From the IMG/VR virus record IMGVR_UViG_3300030332_001107, positions 1 to 27,159 of that record: DNA of 27,159 nucleotides; one strand, 5' to 3'. Below, piece after piece: positions 1-8,033 of the stretch; the stretch's first letter is position 1; each line of letters starts with the position of its first letter. This stretch comes from a virus (Duplodnaviria; Caudoviricetes). The notes beneath the pieces were generated by a model. That model had not been told where the DNA came from. It saw nothing but the letters and a program-made list of their open reading frames with translations, and searched no databases. Both the position numbers and the translations under genes were made by a program.

Positions 1-123
1 ATGTATATAAAAATTTGTTTTTACCATGGAAAGCTCCCCCCCAGAGCAATTTTTTTTTTTCATAATTTTTTTTTTCATAATTTTTTTTATAAGCATGGTA
101 TCTACTCTAATCAAGAGACACAT
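1..123 (-). CDS. 5' part of a hypothetical ORF running off the left end; joins in frame to 27001-27159 if the genome is circular
   Basis: Minus frame open from 144 to 1 with in-frame ATGs at 123, 96, 78, 63 and 27 (…MVKTNFYIH), ending on a codon boundary at base 1. True start uncertain. Confidence 0.5.
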   Translation of the reverse strand, partial: MCLLIRVDTMLIKKIMKKKIMKKKNCSGGELSMVKTNFYIH

Positions 124-140
124 GATGCCACCCCCCCCCT
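36..140. other. Candidate packaging-initiation (cos-like) region with G/C homopolymers and A-tract repeats
   Basis: C7 at 36-42, C9 at 131-139 and T-tract repeats at 48-90, immediately downstream of the HNH gene. cos phages commonly have the order HNH-cos-terminase. Confidence 0.4.
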
Positions 141-152
141 CAACTTAAATCT

Positions 153-488
153 TTATCCATTACTTTTTACATGAGCTTCAGCTCCAGATTTCCTAGCATG
201 ACAGCTTCTGCATAAGGTTTGTAGGTTATCTAAATTATTAGTCCCACCAAGTCTCAAAGGAATGACATGGTCAATGTCAGTTCCTGGTTCGCAGTAGCCA
301 GCTTCTTCACAAGTTTTGCATAAAGGATTCATTGATAAGTAATAATTCCTTAGACTTCTCCACCTCTTAGAGTTGTAAAAGCTTTGAAAATTATTTTGAA
401 TATCAGTACTCTTTATAATAGATTCTCTTGAACCTTTCTTTCTTACTGGAATCCATGGTCTAATCTTTTTCTTAGGGAATGTAGGCAT
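153..488 (-). CDS. HNH endonuclease (HK97 gp74-like terminase cofactor)
   Basis: FYNSKRWRSLR, PLCKTC, DIDHVIPL..GG.N..DNLQTLCRSCHARKS motifs; last gene before the packaging module. Confidence 0.92.
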   Translation of the reverse strand: MPTFPKKKIRPWIPVRKKGSRESIIKSTDIQNNFQSFYNSKRWRSLRNYYLSMNPLCKTCEEAGYCEPGTDIDHVIPLRLGGTNNLDNLQTLCRSCHARKSGAEAHVKSNG

Positions 489-496
489 AGTATAAG

Positions 497-853
497 TTAA
501 GTAAGTTTATTTTTATCCATCATCAACAAATGATAGTATTCAGAGTCTTTCTCTTTGATATAATGTATTGAGTTCCAGTAGTCTAAGAGCTTCTGCTTAT
601 CAGCCAGTCCACCACTCCAAAGAGTATGACAACCAGGTCTATTCCCAAAGTCTAAGCAATGATAAGTTATATTATTTATATCCAGCTCTAAGTCTTTTCT
701 TCTGCTAATTGGAATCTTGTGCGAATGAGACAAAGGAACATCATATCTGTCGCAGCCAGTACACTTATGTTCTCTTATCATTCCTATCTTTATATAAAGC
801 TCTGCTTTCTTTCTATTGATAGCTGCTTGCTTTTTACTTATCTTCTTCATCAA
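497..853 (-). CDS. HNH-like zinc-finger nuclease (NinG/Ref-like)
   Basis: CTGC…SHSHKIP…DINNI…C…GCH pattern. Confidence 0.6.
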   Translation of the reverse strand: MMKKISKKQAAINRKKAELYIKIGMIREHKCTGCDRYDVPLSHSHKIPISRRKDLELDINNITYHCLDFGNRPGCHTLWSGGLADKQKLLDYWNSIHYIKEKDSEYYHLLMMDKNKLT

Positions 854-1187
854 AATAAGTATCTATTACTTTTTTAGCATGGTCAAATCCTTTGACCACT
901 TCTGCTTTATATCCAACGCTATTCAAATAGTCAATCCATTCTTTTTGCTCCTTAGTTGCATATCTTCCTGGAAGCTTCACTTCTAAGAATAGTCCAGCAT
1001 AATTTTTCTTAGGCATAGGCAAAGCTATAAATAAATCTGGAAAACCTTTTACATAGCCAGTTCTTTTCGCAAGTCTTGCTTGTTTATAAGTAGTCCTAAT
1101 ACCACCTAAGGAACAGCAGTATCTTGCTTGTTTATAACTTAAAGCAATGTACTTTACTATTGATTCTTGTAATCTTGATTCACTCAA
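834..1187 (-). CDS. VRR-NUC domain nuclease (putative Holliday junction resolvase)
   Basis: ESRLQ…GYVKGFPDL…LFLEVK…KEQKEW PD-(D/E)xK pattern; TTG start. Confidence 0.88.
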   Translation of the reverse strand: MSESRLQESIVKYIALSYKQARYCCSLGGIRTTYKQARLAKRTGYVKGFPDLFIALPMPKKNYAGLFLEVKLPGRYATKEQKEWIDYLNSVGYKAEVVKGFDHAKKVIDTYFDEEDK

Positions 1188-1390
1188 AACGGAAATCTTT
1201 TATCATTCTCCAGCATTCCCTTACACTTATACTTATGATAGTAGTAATTAATGCTCATCTGAATATATGTATAGACATGTTCTATTATCTTAAATGCAAG
1301 TAAGAAAGTTAATCCAGCTATAATATTACTCAAGCATTCTATTACTATCCAAAGCAAATAGATTGTATTTGTCAATATCTTCATCATCAT
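1184..1390 (-). CDS. Hypothetical small membrane protein
   Basis: Hydrophobic N-terminal half; stop overlaps the next start, but it overlaps the upstream ORF by about 65 nt. Confidence 0.5.
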   Translation of the reverse strand: MMMKILTNTIYLLWIVIECLSNIIAGLTFLLAFKIIEHVYTYIQMSINYYYHKYKCKGMLENDKRFPF

Positions 1391-1529
1391 AAAATTTTAT
1401 ATAAATTGCTCTATCTCCTTTTAGCCACTCATCTAAGTCATTTGCTATCTTTTCTAATATCTTCTGCTTTATATCAGCTTTGTCAAGTTCTAATAAATTA
1501 TCAACTTCAAAAATTATTTCAGCTCTCAT
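1326..1529 (-). CDS. Hypothetical protein
   Basis: 67 aa ORF tiled with its neighbours. Confidence 0.65.
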   Translation of the reverse strand: MRAEIIFEVDNLLELDKADIKQKILEKIANDLDEWLKGDRAIYIKFYDDEDIDKYNLFALDSNRMLE

Positions 1530-1695
1530 TGATTTTGTCTAGTAATTGTTGAGCAGTAAAAATTCTGAGCTTATTCCCTAAAGTATTATATAAGCAAGTA
1601 AAGTTATCAAATTGCCAAGTCCATAAGGAATCAACTTTATTTTTTATATGACTTCTTAAAACAAATTTGATTGTATTATAGTTTTTTTCTTTCAT
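1519..1695 (-). CDS. Hypothetical protein (start moved to ATG 1695, MKEKNYNT…)
   Basis: The internal ATG gives a smaller overlap with the upstream ORF. Confidence 0.65.
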   Translation of the reverse strand: MKEKNYNTIKFVLRSHIKNKVDSLWTWQFDNFTCLYNTLGNKLRIFTAQQLLDKINES

Positions 1696-1876
1696 AATGA
1701 CTTTGCAAATAAAAATCATATTTATCTATATCCTTTTTACAATGATAGCATTTCAACTTGCTGAATGCAAAATTATAAACTATAATTGGATAATCACACT
1801 TAGGACAATGAATTTCTTTTCCTTTCATTGAAGCTCTAGTATATTCATTTACTTTATTTCTTTCTTTTTGTTTCAT
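1676..1876 (-). CDS. Small zinc-ribbon protein
   Basis: CPKC…CYHC pair; ATGA overlap with the upstream stop. Confidence 0.7.
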   Translation of the reverse strand: MKQKERNKVNEYTRASMKGKEIHCPKCDYPIIVYNFAFSKLKCYHCKKDIDKYDFYLQSHYERKKL

Positions 1877-2274
1877 ACTATATCCAATAAAATGACTTCT
1901 TTATTTCTTTCTTTGTAAAGTTTTTTATATTCTTTAATCTTCTTTCTTATCCAGATATTTTCTTTTTTACTATACCATTCAGAGTCTTTTGATTCTGGTT
2001 TAAAATCATAAGAGTCTTGAATTTGCCAACCTTTTTCATCTAATTGCTTACAGAAGAAAGCATACAACTGCTTTTCAGTTCCAATGAGTCTAAATTGCTG
2101 GTTCACATCTTTGAAGTCAGAATAGTATCTTCCATCTGCTACTGGCTCATAACATCTTACTGAAGCTGCTACTGGCATTTTTTTCAATACCCAATCTTCT
2201 ATTATTATTTTCTTATCATCTAAAGTCTTAGAAGTATAAGGTTTTCCATTTATCAAATGTCTAGTCATCATCAT
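1873..2274 (-). CDS. Hypothetical protein
   Basis: 133 aa ORF translationally coupled to its neighbours. Confidence 0.7.
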   Translation of the reverse strand: MMMTRHLINGKPYTSKTLDDKKIIIEDWVLKKMPVAASVRCYEPVADGRYYSDFKDVNQQFRLIGTEKQLYAFFCKQLDEKGWQIQDSYDFKPESKDSEWYSKKENIWIRKKIKEYKKLYKERNKEVILLDIV

Positions 2275-2419
2275 ATTTTTTCTTAAAAAAATCTTTATAC
2301 ATCTTCAAGTCTCTTTTGACTTTATTCATTTCAGTATCAAGCTTGTATTTAATTTGATAAGCTACATATAATCCAACAAGCAAGCCACCTATAAAACTAA
2401 TTATTTCAGTAATCATCAT
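2261..2419 (-). CDS. Hypothetical single-pass membrane protein (start moved to ATG 2419)
   Basis: IISFIGGLLVGLYVAY hydrophobic segment followed by a basic tail. Confidence 0.65.
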   Translation of the reverse strand: MMITEIISFIGGLLVGLYVAYQIKYKLDTEMNKVKRDLKMYKDFFKKKYDDD

Positions 2420-2498
2420 CTCTAACTTCAGTACAAAAGTAAGCTTCCAATACACAAACTACAATTATTAAAATATATATTATTACAAAGTATTTCAT
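2406..2498 (-). CDS. Unlisted 30 aa membrane peptide MKYFVIIYILIIVVCVLEAYFCTEVRDDDY
   Basis: Hand-translated; ATG lies 1 nt after the methyltransferase stop and the ORF fills the gap. Confidence 0.6.
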   Translation of the reverse strand: MKYFVIIYILIIVVCVLEAYFCTEVRDDDY

Positions 2499-2499
2499 T

Positions 2500-3117
2500 T
2501 TAAAATAATTTTGTTTGTTCTGTGTTTTCCTTTCTTATTACATTCATAGCACAATCTAAAATGTATTGTCCTGTTTTTGAATTTACCATATTATTAATGA
2601 CTTTGTTTTTATTTACTTTTTTCAAATCGTCTAATTCTACTCCTTTTATTTTTGCTTTCGTTTGTAAATCACCCCTTAAAATATGCTGAACATTAGTATA
2701 TTTACTTGTTCCAATTAAAAAATTTGTCCAAAATAAATGTCTATCATATTCTTTTGCAGGAATTAAGGGTGGGTAATAGGGTATAACATTTTCAACACAA
2801 TATTTACCCTTAAACCATTGCCTTAAAAATATAATTTCTTGATATAATTCCATTGCAGGATATTTCAAATTCTTTTGAAAATTAAAATTTATTCTACTAT
2901 GTGTCGGACAGGGTGGTGAACTCCAAATGAAATCAAATTCTTTGTAATGTTCTAATAAATATTCGTGTGCGTCAGCTACTATAACTTTGTCACTAGGATA
3001 GAAGTCCTTATAAATTGCAGCAATATCTTTATCCAATTCAACTGCTGTTATTTCGTGTTCATCTCCCCAGAGTTTACGATTACCACCTATTCCAGAATAC
3101 AAGTTTAAAATTTTCAT
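2500..3117 (-). CDS. C5-cytosine DNA methyltransferase (compact)
   Basis: Motif I LNLYSGIGG, catalytic SSPPCP, motif VI ENV. Confidence 0.9.
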   Translation of the reverse strand: MKILNLYSGIGGNRKLWGDEHEITAVELDKDIAAIYKDFYPSDKVIVADAHEYLLEHYKEFDFIWSSPPCPTHSRINFNFQKNLKYPAMELYQEIIFLRQWFKGKYCVENVIPYYPPLIPAKEYDRHLFWTNFLIGTSKYTNVQHILRGDLQTKAKIKGVELDDLKKVNKNKVINNMVNSKTGQYILDCAMNVIRKENTEQTKLF

Positions 3118-3476
3118 TTCAATAATTTTTGTTTTGGTTTATAATACAAAAGCTCAGTTTCTTTTACTCCTAAAGTTTCTGCTGAATAAATATCATCTGC
3201 AATTCTTTGCTTATGCTCTTTTATCCACTTCCAGAAAGTAGGTATATTCATGAAATTATCTTTACCATTTCTTATTCCAAGATGAAATGATTTTTGAATG
3301 TCAGAAAATTCTAAATTAAAAAAAGTTCTAGCTGTAATTAAATCTTCTGCAAGTATTGTAGAAAGACCAGCAAGAGTCTCAGCAGAAGTTTTGAAACCTA
3401 ATTCAAAATTAGTTCTTGCTATCAGCTCTAAGACTAAAGGCTTTAATTCTTCTATCTTGTATTCTTTTAGTTTCAT
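3114..3476 (-). CDS. Hypothetical protein coupled to the replication initiator (possible helicase loader)
   Basis: ATGA overlap with the initiator; the role is inferred from position only. Confidence 0.6.
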   Translation of the reverse strand: MKLKEYKIEELKPLVLELIARTNFELGFKTSAETLAGLSTILAEDLITARTFFNLEFSDIQKSFHLGIRNGKDNFMNIPTFWKWIKEHKQRIADDIYSAETLGVKETELLYYKPKQKLLK

Positions 3477-4090
3477 ATCAATTTCTTTGCTTTCTCATAT
3501 TCAGAAATTTGAGCATGAAATTTAGTATTTGAATGAGTAGTTTTATTCCATCTCTTTGAATTTTTTTCCCATCTTTTCAAACGCAAAGATATATCAAAAG
3601 TTGTTTCCATTTCAAATTTCATTCTTCTATTTGCTTTATTCGGCTCTGTCCAATAATCACAAAATTCATTTAATAAGTCCAGAGTATATCCATAACCATT
3701 TGTTGATTTTTTTACTGATTTTTCAAAGTCCTCTTTTCTAAGAGATATATTATTACTTGTAGTATTATTACTTGTAGTATTCTCTTTAAGATTTTTAGTG
3801 AGACCCCTCTCATCATTTTTAGTGATACTTATCTTTCTTTTTATGATTTGCTTATTTTCATTCCTTATTATTTCTACCTTAATAAAATCAGAATCTTTGA
3901 GTTCTTTTATCCAAAGAGAAATAGTATTTTTTGATACATTATAAAGCTCTGCAAAATAATTATTTGTAGCAAAGCAATATCCAAACTTATTTGAAAGAGC
4001 TGTTATTTCTCCATATAGCAGCTTAGAGTTTGCTTTTATTGGAGCATATCTTACAAATGCTGGAATGATTGCATAGTAATTAGCTTTCAT
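3473..4090 (-). CDS. Replication initiator (N-terminal winged HTH, lambda O-like architecture); start moved to ATG 4090
   Basis: NYYAIIPA.VRY…KLLYGEITALSNK.GYCFA.N.YFAELY, repeat-rich linker, C-terminal F.DYWTE…MKFEME.TFD…RL.RW. Confidence 0.88.
   Translation of the reverse strand: MKANYYAIIPAFVRYAPIKANSKLLYGEITALSNKFGYCFATNNYFAELYNVSKNTISLWIKELKDSDFIKVEIIRNENKQIIKRKISITKNDERGLTKNLKENTTSNNTTSNNISLRKEDFEKSVKKSTNGYGYTLDLLNEFCDYWTEPNKANRRMKFEMETTFDISLRLKRWEKNSKRWNKTTHSNTKFHAQISEYEKAKKLI
3748..3825. repeat. Iteron-like repeats within the initiator gene (putative origin)
   Basis: TATTATTACTTGTAG x2 (3748-3777) and ATTTTTAGTGA x2 (3791-3801, 3815-3825). Confidence 0.6.
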
Positions 4091-4091
4091 T

Positions 4092-4316
4092 TTATCCATT
4101 CCAATAATATCTAGCAATGCTTACTGAATTTCCAAATCTATTCTTATGAGTTTCAGTCTCTTTAGTAATGTTCCAGCCAGCATCTTTCAAATCAAAAATA
4201 ATTGATGAAAGTCTTGTAGCTCCATACTCTTTGATAGCTTCTAAAGAAGTAATAGACTTAGAATTTCTTAAATGATACTCAATAGCTTGCTTTTGTGTTC
4301 TTGGTAATTTTGTCAT
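4092..4316 (-). CDS. Small helix-turn-helix protein (HTH_39-like)
   Basis: TQKQAI..HL….SITSLEAIKEYGATRLSSIIFDLK..GW.I signature. Confidence 0.8.
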   Translation of the reverse strand: MTKLPRTQKQAIEYHLRNSKSITSLEAIKEYGATRLSSIIFDLKDAGWNITKETETHKNRFGNSVSIARYYWNG

Positions 4317-4333
4317 GATTTTGGTTTTTTAGT
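4311..4333 (-). repeat. 23 bp direct repeat, copy 1 (gene-boundary/initiation cassette)
   Basis: TGTCATGATTTTGGTTTTTTAGT, identical to 5672-5694. Confidence 0.85.
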
Positions 4334-4723
4334 GATTAGAAGTTTTTTTAATTTATTTATTTTAGAAGTAATTGAGCTTCTAGTAGAATGCAAATCTTTT
4401 ATTTCAGTAAGAATATAAAAGTCTGCATCTTCTTTCAGTATTCTTAAAAAAGAGTTGTATTTAGATTGAAGTTTCTTTTCAGCAAAGAAAAGCTCTTGCA
4501 ATTTTTTACAATGATGAATTGCAGTTGCATGATTTGTAATAGCTGGAATCTGCTCAGTAATCTGCTTGAAAGACAAATTCAATTCATTCCTTAAATAATA
4601 GCAAAGAAATCTTCTTGCTTCAATGACTTTGACTTTTCTGGACTTATTCTTTTCAAAATGACATTGATGTACTTTGAAGAATCTACTGAGTATTAGCTTG
4701 GCTTTGTATATAAGTAAGTCCAT
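4313..4723 (-). CDS. DnaA C-terminal (domain IV)-like HTH protein
   Basis: SRK…EARR..CY…L.LSF.QI…NHATAIH resembles the DnaA_C signature. Confidence 0.75.
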   Translation of the reverse strand: MDLLIYKAKLILSRFFKVHQCHFEKNKSRKVKVIEARRFLCYYLRNELNLSFKQITEQIPAITNHATAIHHCKKLQELFFAEKKLQSKYNSFLRILKEDADFYILTEIKDLHSTRSSITSKINKLKKLLITKKPKS

Positions 4724-4725
4724 TT

Positions 4726-5283
4726 TTAAAAAGGAAGCTTTTCTTCATTCTTTTCTATAATAGACTTTGCTTTTTTTACATCTACTTTGTAGTCTTTTAT
4801 GATTTCAGCAGTACTTTTTTCTGGAATTATTTCATCAGTAATGAATCTCATAAATTCTCCAGCTATATTAGTAATATCTTTGGGAGCTAATTTAGTCCCA
4901 GATGCAATATAAGATTGAGTAAATGCAACTGCTGCTTTCAATGCAGTTTGTCTTGCAATACTATCAGATTTTAGCTTGTCCTTAGCAGTCCAATCTTCTT
5001 TAGTCATTGTATTGGATTTTACATAGCCAAAAGCAGTACTGGAAGTAGTATTTTCTGCAAGCTTTCTCTTTTCATATTCAGTCTGAATCTTAATAGTTCC
5101 TTTGTCATTGATAGTATATTCAATTTCTTGATTCACTTCAACTCCTGGAGTAGCAGTTTGTTTGTAGATATTTCCAATTACTCCATCATCAACTTCATTT
5201 TCACTATGTAAAGTAAGTTCAAAGACATGGAGTCCAGCAAATTCTTTTTTTTCTGTAATTTTTGTAATTCTAGCTTTTTTCAT
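4726..5283 (-). CDS. Putative single-stranded DNA-binding protein
   Basis: OB-fold-like beta-rich N-terminus (VNQEIEY), IARQTALKAA helix and C-terminal …EEKLPF, like SSB tails. Confidence 0.6.
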   Translation of the reverse strand: MKKARITKITEKKEFAGLHVFELTLHSENEVDDGVIGNIYKQTATPGVEVNQEIEYTINDKGTIKIQTEYEKRKLAENTTSSTAFGYVKSNTMTKEDWTAKDKLKSDSIARQTALKAAVAFTQSYIASGTKLAPKDITNIAGEFMRFITDEIIPEKSTAEIIKDYKVDVKKAKSIIEKNEEKLPF

Positions 5284-5561
5284 TTTTCAATATGTTTTAT
5301 AAGGTTAATACAATTTTTATGATATTTGTCAATAGAGTTCAAATTTCTTTCTAAGTCTCTTAAATCTTTTATGCAATTTTCAAGCTGGTCTATTGCTATT
5401 GACCAAGCCAAAGACTTGATAGAATTTTTTACTATTTTTTCTTTTTCTTGAAATTCCAGCAAAATGAAATTCCACTTATCAAGCAGCTCTGCTATTTTAT
5501 CTGCTTTCATTTGAGCATTCATTTTGAGTAAGGGAGTGTCTGTAAATAGTGTATTCATCAT
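5280..5561 (-). CDS. Hypothetical coiled-coil protein
   Basis: 93 aa ORF with ATGA overlaps at both ends. Confidence 0.7.
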   Translation of the reverse strand: MMNTLFTDTPLLKMNAQMKADKIAELLDKWNFILLEFQEKEKIVKNSIKSLAWSIAIDQLENCIKDLRDLERNLNSIDKYHKNCINLIKHIEK

Positions 5562-5677
5562 TGCTCTTTATGTTTTAAATTATAAAATTGAGTTTCTACT
5601 CTTAAAGTAGTCTGCTTATCCAAAGCTTTTAGTCTTTGAATTTCTTTCTGATAATAGTTCCATCTTTCTTCTGTCAT
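5558..5677 (-). CDS. Unlisted 39 aa protein MTEERWNYYQKEIQRLKALDKQTTLRVETQFYNLKHKEQ
   Basis: Hand-translated; preceded by the 23 bp initiation cassette and its TGA overlaps the next ATG. Confidence 0.72.
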   Translation of the reverse strand: MTEERWNYYQKEIQRLKALDKQTTLRVETQFYNLKHKEQ

Positions 5678-5694
5678 GATTTTGGTTTTTTAGT
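5672..5694 (-). repeat. 23 bp direct repeat, copy 2
   Basis: Identical to 4311-4333; contains the stop of the VirE_N gene and the next ATG. Confidence 0.85.
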
Positions 5695-6220
5695 TTATAT
5701 AAGTTAGAAAAAAAGGTTGTTTGATTCTTCCTTGGGAATAGTCCAAATTGATATTATATTTTAATTCAATTTCTTTACATATCTTTTTATATTTCTCCAA
5801 ATAAAGTTCTGGCTCAAGAGTATTAAATTCCCTTTTTAAAAAGAATTTTATTCCTTTGCCACTTGGAGAATCAATTACAAATAAAGCAAAGTCTTTTATT
5901 TTCTTTCTGAATTGCTCAATCTGAGTTGCTGTATTATTGCTAAAATCTACATCAAAAGGCTTAATAGGATTCTCTTTAATGATTCCAGAATTTAAGTTGT
6001 ATTTGAATTTGTTGAATAAAGCAACTGGTAATCTTTTCTTTGCACTATTATATTGCCAGCTCTTGTATTCAAAACTTCTTATTCTTTCTATCTTTCTTTT
6101 AAGTTCTATTGACTTCATCTTTGCTATCAATTCATCAAAAGTAAGATATTCTCCTGGATAATTATTGAGTCCCTTTTTGAGCATGATTCCATCTGGATAA
6201 AAGCTGATAAGTTTATTCAT
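5690..6220 (-). CDS. Stand-alone BT4734-like/VirE N-terminal domain protein
   Basis: KKRLP…FDVD…SPSGKGIK…D.S…FLTY pattern typical of VirE_N. Confidence 0.75.
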   Translation of the reverse strand: MNKLISFYPDGIMLKKGLNNYPGEYLTFDELIAKMKSIELKRKIERIRSFEYKSWQYNSAKKRLPVALFNKFKYNLNSGIIKENPIKPFDVDFSNNTATQIEQFRKKIKDFALFVIDSPSGKGIKFFLKREFNTLEPELYLEKYKKICKEIELKYNINLDYSQGRIKQPFFLTYIN

Positions 6221-6435
6221 GAATTATCAAATTCTTTTCTTAAAATGTCTATTAATTCTTTGGCTTGTTTTTTATAAGGAATGTATCTTTGATTATATAA
6301 TGAGTTTACAGAATAAATAAGTCCATCTCCCTCTTTCGCATGAGCATTAGTTTCTTCAAGTACAGAAACCTCATACATTTTCTTTTTCCAATTCCTACAA
6401 TAATAGTGATTGATGTTGAATGATAGTGTTTTCAT
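6217..6435 (-). CDS. Hypothetical early protein
   Basis: A-rich initiation region; ATGA overlap downstream. Confidence 0.7.
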   Translation of the reverse strand: MKTLSFNINHYYCRNWKKKMYEVSVLEETNAHAKEGDGLIYSVNSLYNQRYIPYKKQAKELIDILRKEFDNS

Positions 6436-6455
6436 TTTGTTTTTGTTTTTAATTA

Positions 6456-6674
6456 TTATTTAATTGTTTTTAATCCTTTTTTTATTGCTTCATTTATTGC
6501 AACATTTATCCTTTCACTTATTATATGGCGTTTTTGATTTTTCCAACAATGTGCGTTCATTCCACTTTCATATCCGAATCCACCAGTTAAATCCAACTCG
6601 GCAATTTCCAATGAACTTTGAACAAGTGATAATTGTCGTGATGTTAATTCTACTATGTATCTTCTTTTTGCCAT
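6456..6674 (-). CDS. Hypothetical early protein
   Basis: 72 aa, preceded by the boundary motif. Confidence 0.7.
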   Translation of the reverse strand: MAKRRYIVELTSRQLSLVQSSLEIAELDLTGGFGYESGMNAHCWKNQKRHIISERINVAINEAIKKGLKTIK

Positions 6675-6699
6675 GATTCTTTGTTTTTGTTTTTAGTTA

Positions 6700-7062
6700 T
6701 TATAAATTATTTTTTTTCCAAGTTTCAAATTCTTTTTTTAAGACATTTATTTTCTTATCAATTTCTTTTGTAATACGCTGTTTGCCTTTTTCTAAAATAC
6801 TAATTCGTGCATTGTATTCATCTCGTTTATCTATATAAGCCAAAAATTCTGGTGTTGGAATAATAGGGTCAATCTCTTGCATTTTATTTAATATGCTTTC
6901 AAGTTGTTTTGTGTTAGTTGGATAACTAAAAATAAAAACAATGATGTTCCAATCATCTTCCCAGGATTCAGTGTCTGTGTGTGCAGATTGATATAAAGTG
7001 TTGTTATCCTCTACTTTATAGAAACATGCATACTTTTCTGATTTTCTTAATTCTGTTTTCAT
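6700..7062 (-). CDS. Hypothetical early protein with C-terminal coiled coil
   Basis: 120 aa ORF with an A-rich initiation region. Confidence 0.7.
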   Translation of the reverse strand: MKTELRKSEKYACFYKVEDNNTLYQSAHTDTESWEDDWNIIVFIFSYPTNTKQLESILNKMQEIDPIIPTPEFLAYIDKRDEYNARISILEKGKQRITKEIDKKINVLKKEFETWKKNNL

Positions 7063-7077
7063 TGTTTGTTTTCAGTT

Positions 7078-7335
7078 TTACTTTACATATTGACTTTTAT
7101 ATTTTTCACAACTAGCATTATGCCAATTATCTTTGCAGAAGCATTCTTGCTGAACTTTTGTCGATACTGGGAATGTTCCAAATGTTCTAAAAATATGTGC
7201 ATTCACACTTATTCTGGCATCTGTATCTGAAATGCTTTCCACTTTGTATTCTAAAACCTTAATCTCTTTTGGTTTCTGAATGTTTAAGCATAATTCAACT
7301 AGAACCTTTCTTGTCTTTTTGTTTTCTTTTGTCAT
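7078..7335 (-). CDS. Hypothetical early protein
   Basis: 85 aa, preceded by the boundary motif. Confidence 0.7.
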   Translation of the reverse strand: MTKENKKTRKVLVELCLNIQKPKEIKVLEYKVESISDTDARISVNAHIFRTFGTFPVSTKVQQECFCKDNWHNASCEKYKSQYVK

Positions 7336-7348
7336 GATTTCTTTGTTT

Positions 7349-7789
7349 TTAGTTGTTAATAATTAATTCTCTTTGTTTTTTTGCTCTTGTTATTCTCTTT
7401 TCTATTTCTTTCACTTTCATATCTTCTTTTTCTACTCTCCACTTTGCGAAAGATAATCTTTCTTCTTCTTCTTCTTCCCATCTTTTACATCTAATAAGAT
7501 AGTATGCTTTCCAGTCTTTATTAAAATTTTCAAAATCCTTATGATTTCTTATAGCTATTTCTTCTTTTACTGACTCTAACTCAAAAATGATTTCTGCAAA
7601 AAATTTGCTTGTGCGTTTAAGCTCAATTTTTTTATACTTATACAGCTCTTTCAACTTACAATTAGTCAGATAATAATAAGGGCGAAAGCAACGATGGGTG
7701 AGCGTTTTTAGTCCTACTTGAATAGTTGTTTTCATCGTTTTATTAATTTTACTATTTCTTCTAATCTCTTTTGTGTGTGTTGTTTTCAT
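7349..7789 (-). CDS. First early gene, hypothetical (start ATG 7789, probably leaderless; alternative ATG 7735)
   Basis: The listed TTG at 7822 is the promoter -33 element; ATG 7789 lies 4 nt after the -7 box. Confidence 0.65.
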   Translation of the reverse strand: MKTTHTKEIRRNSKINKTMKTTIQVGLKTLTHRCFRPYYYLTNCKLKELYKYKKIELKRTSKFFAEIIFELESVKEEIAIRNHKDFENFNKDWKAYYLIRCKRWEEEEEERLSFAKWRVEKEDMKVKEIEKRITRAKKQRELIINN

Positions 7790-7793
7790 ACTG

Positions 7794-7822
7794 CTAATAT
7801 AAGACAAAATGTTAAAATACAA
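7794..7822 (-). promoter_or_regulatory. Bacteroidota-type early promoter
   Basis: TTG-N18-TATATTAG versus the consensus TTG-N~19-TAnnTTTG; sits at the head of the early gene block. Confidence 0.65.
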
Positions 7823-7859
7823 GTCTTTTCAACATTATTTAATATTTATTTTATATAGA

Positions 7860-7884
7860 TAGTTTGTTGATTATCAGGCACTTA
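7860..7884. promoter_or_regulatory. Quasi-palindromic site of two inverted IHF-like boxes
   Basis: TAAGTGCCTGATAATCAACAAACTA (minus strand); each half has one mismatch to WATCAANNNNTTR. Confidence 0.45.
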
Positions 7885-7996
7885 CGATAATAAGTAAAAA
7901 AAACTTTATTTCAAGTCTCTAAAAGCTACCAAAATTTAGGCGATTTTTACTACAATGAGTCTGTCATTTTATTATGCATGCATAGTAAATATATTT

Positions 7997-8033
7997 CAAA
8001 AACAAAGTCCCTAGTATAGACCAGGGACTCTGT
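7997..8033 (-). terminator. Rho-independent terminator ending the late operon
   Basis: ACAGAGTCCCTGGT-CTAT-ACTAGGGACTTTGT followed by TTTT on the minus strand. Confidence 0.8.

Noticed and set aside
7968-7990. Palindrome as a dif/XerCD, attP or telomere-resolution site
   Set aside because: Arm orientation and spacer do not match dif, and no integrase or protelomerase is recognisable.
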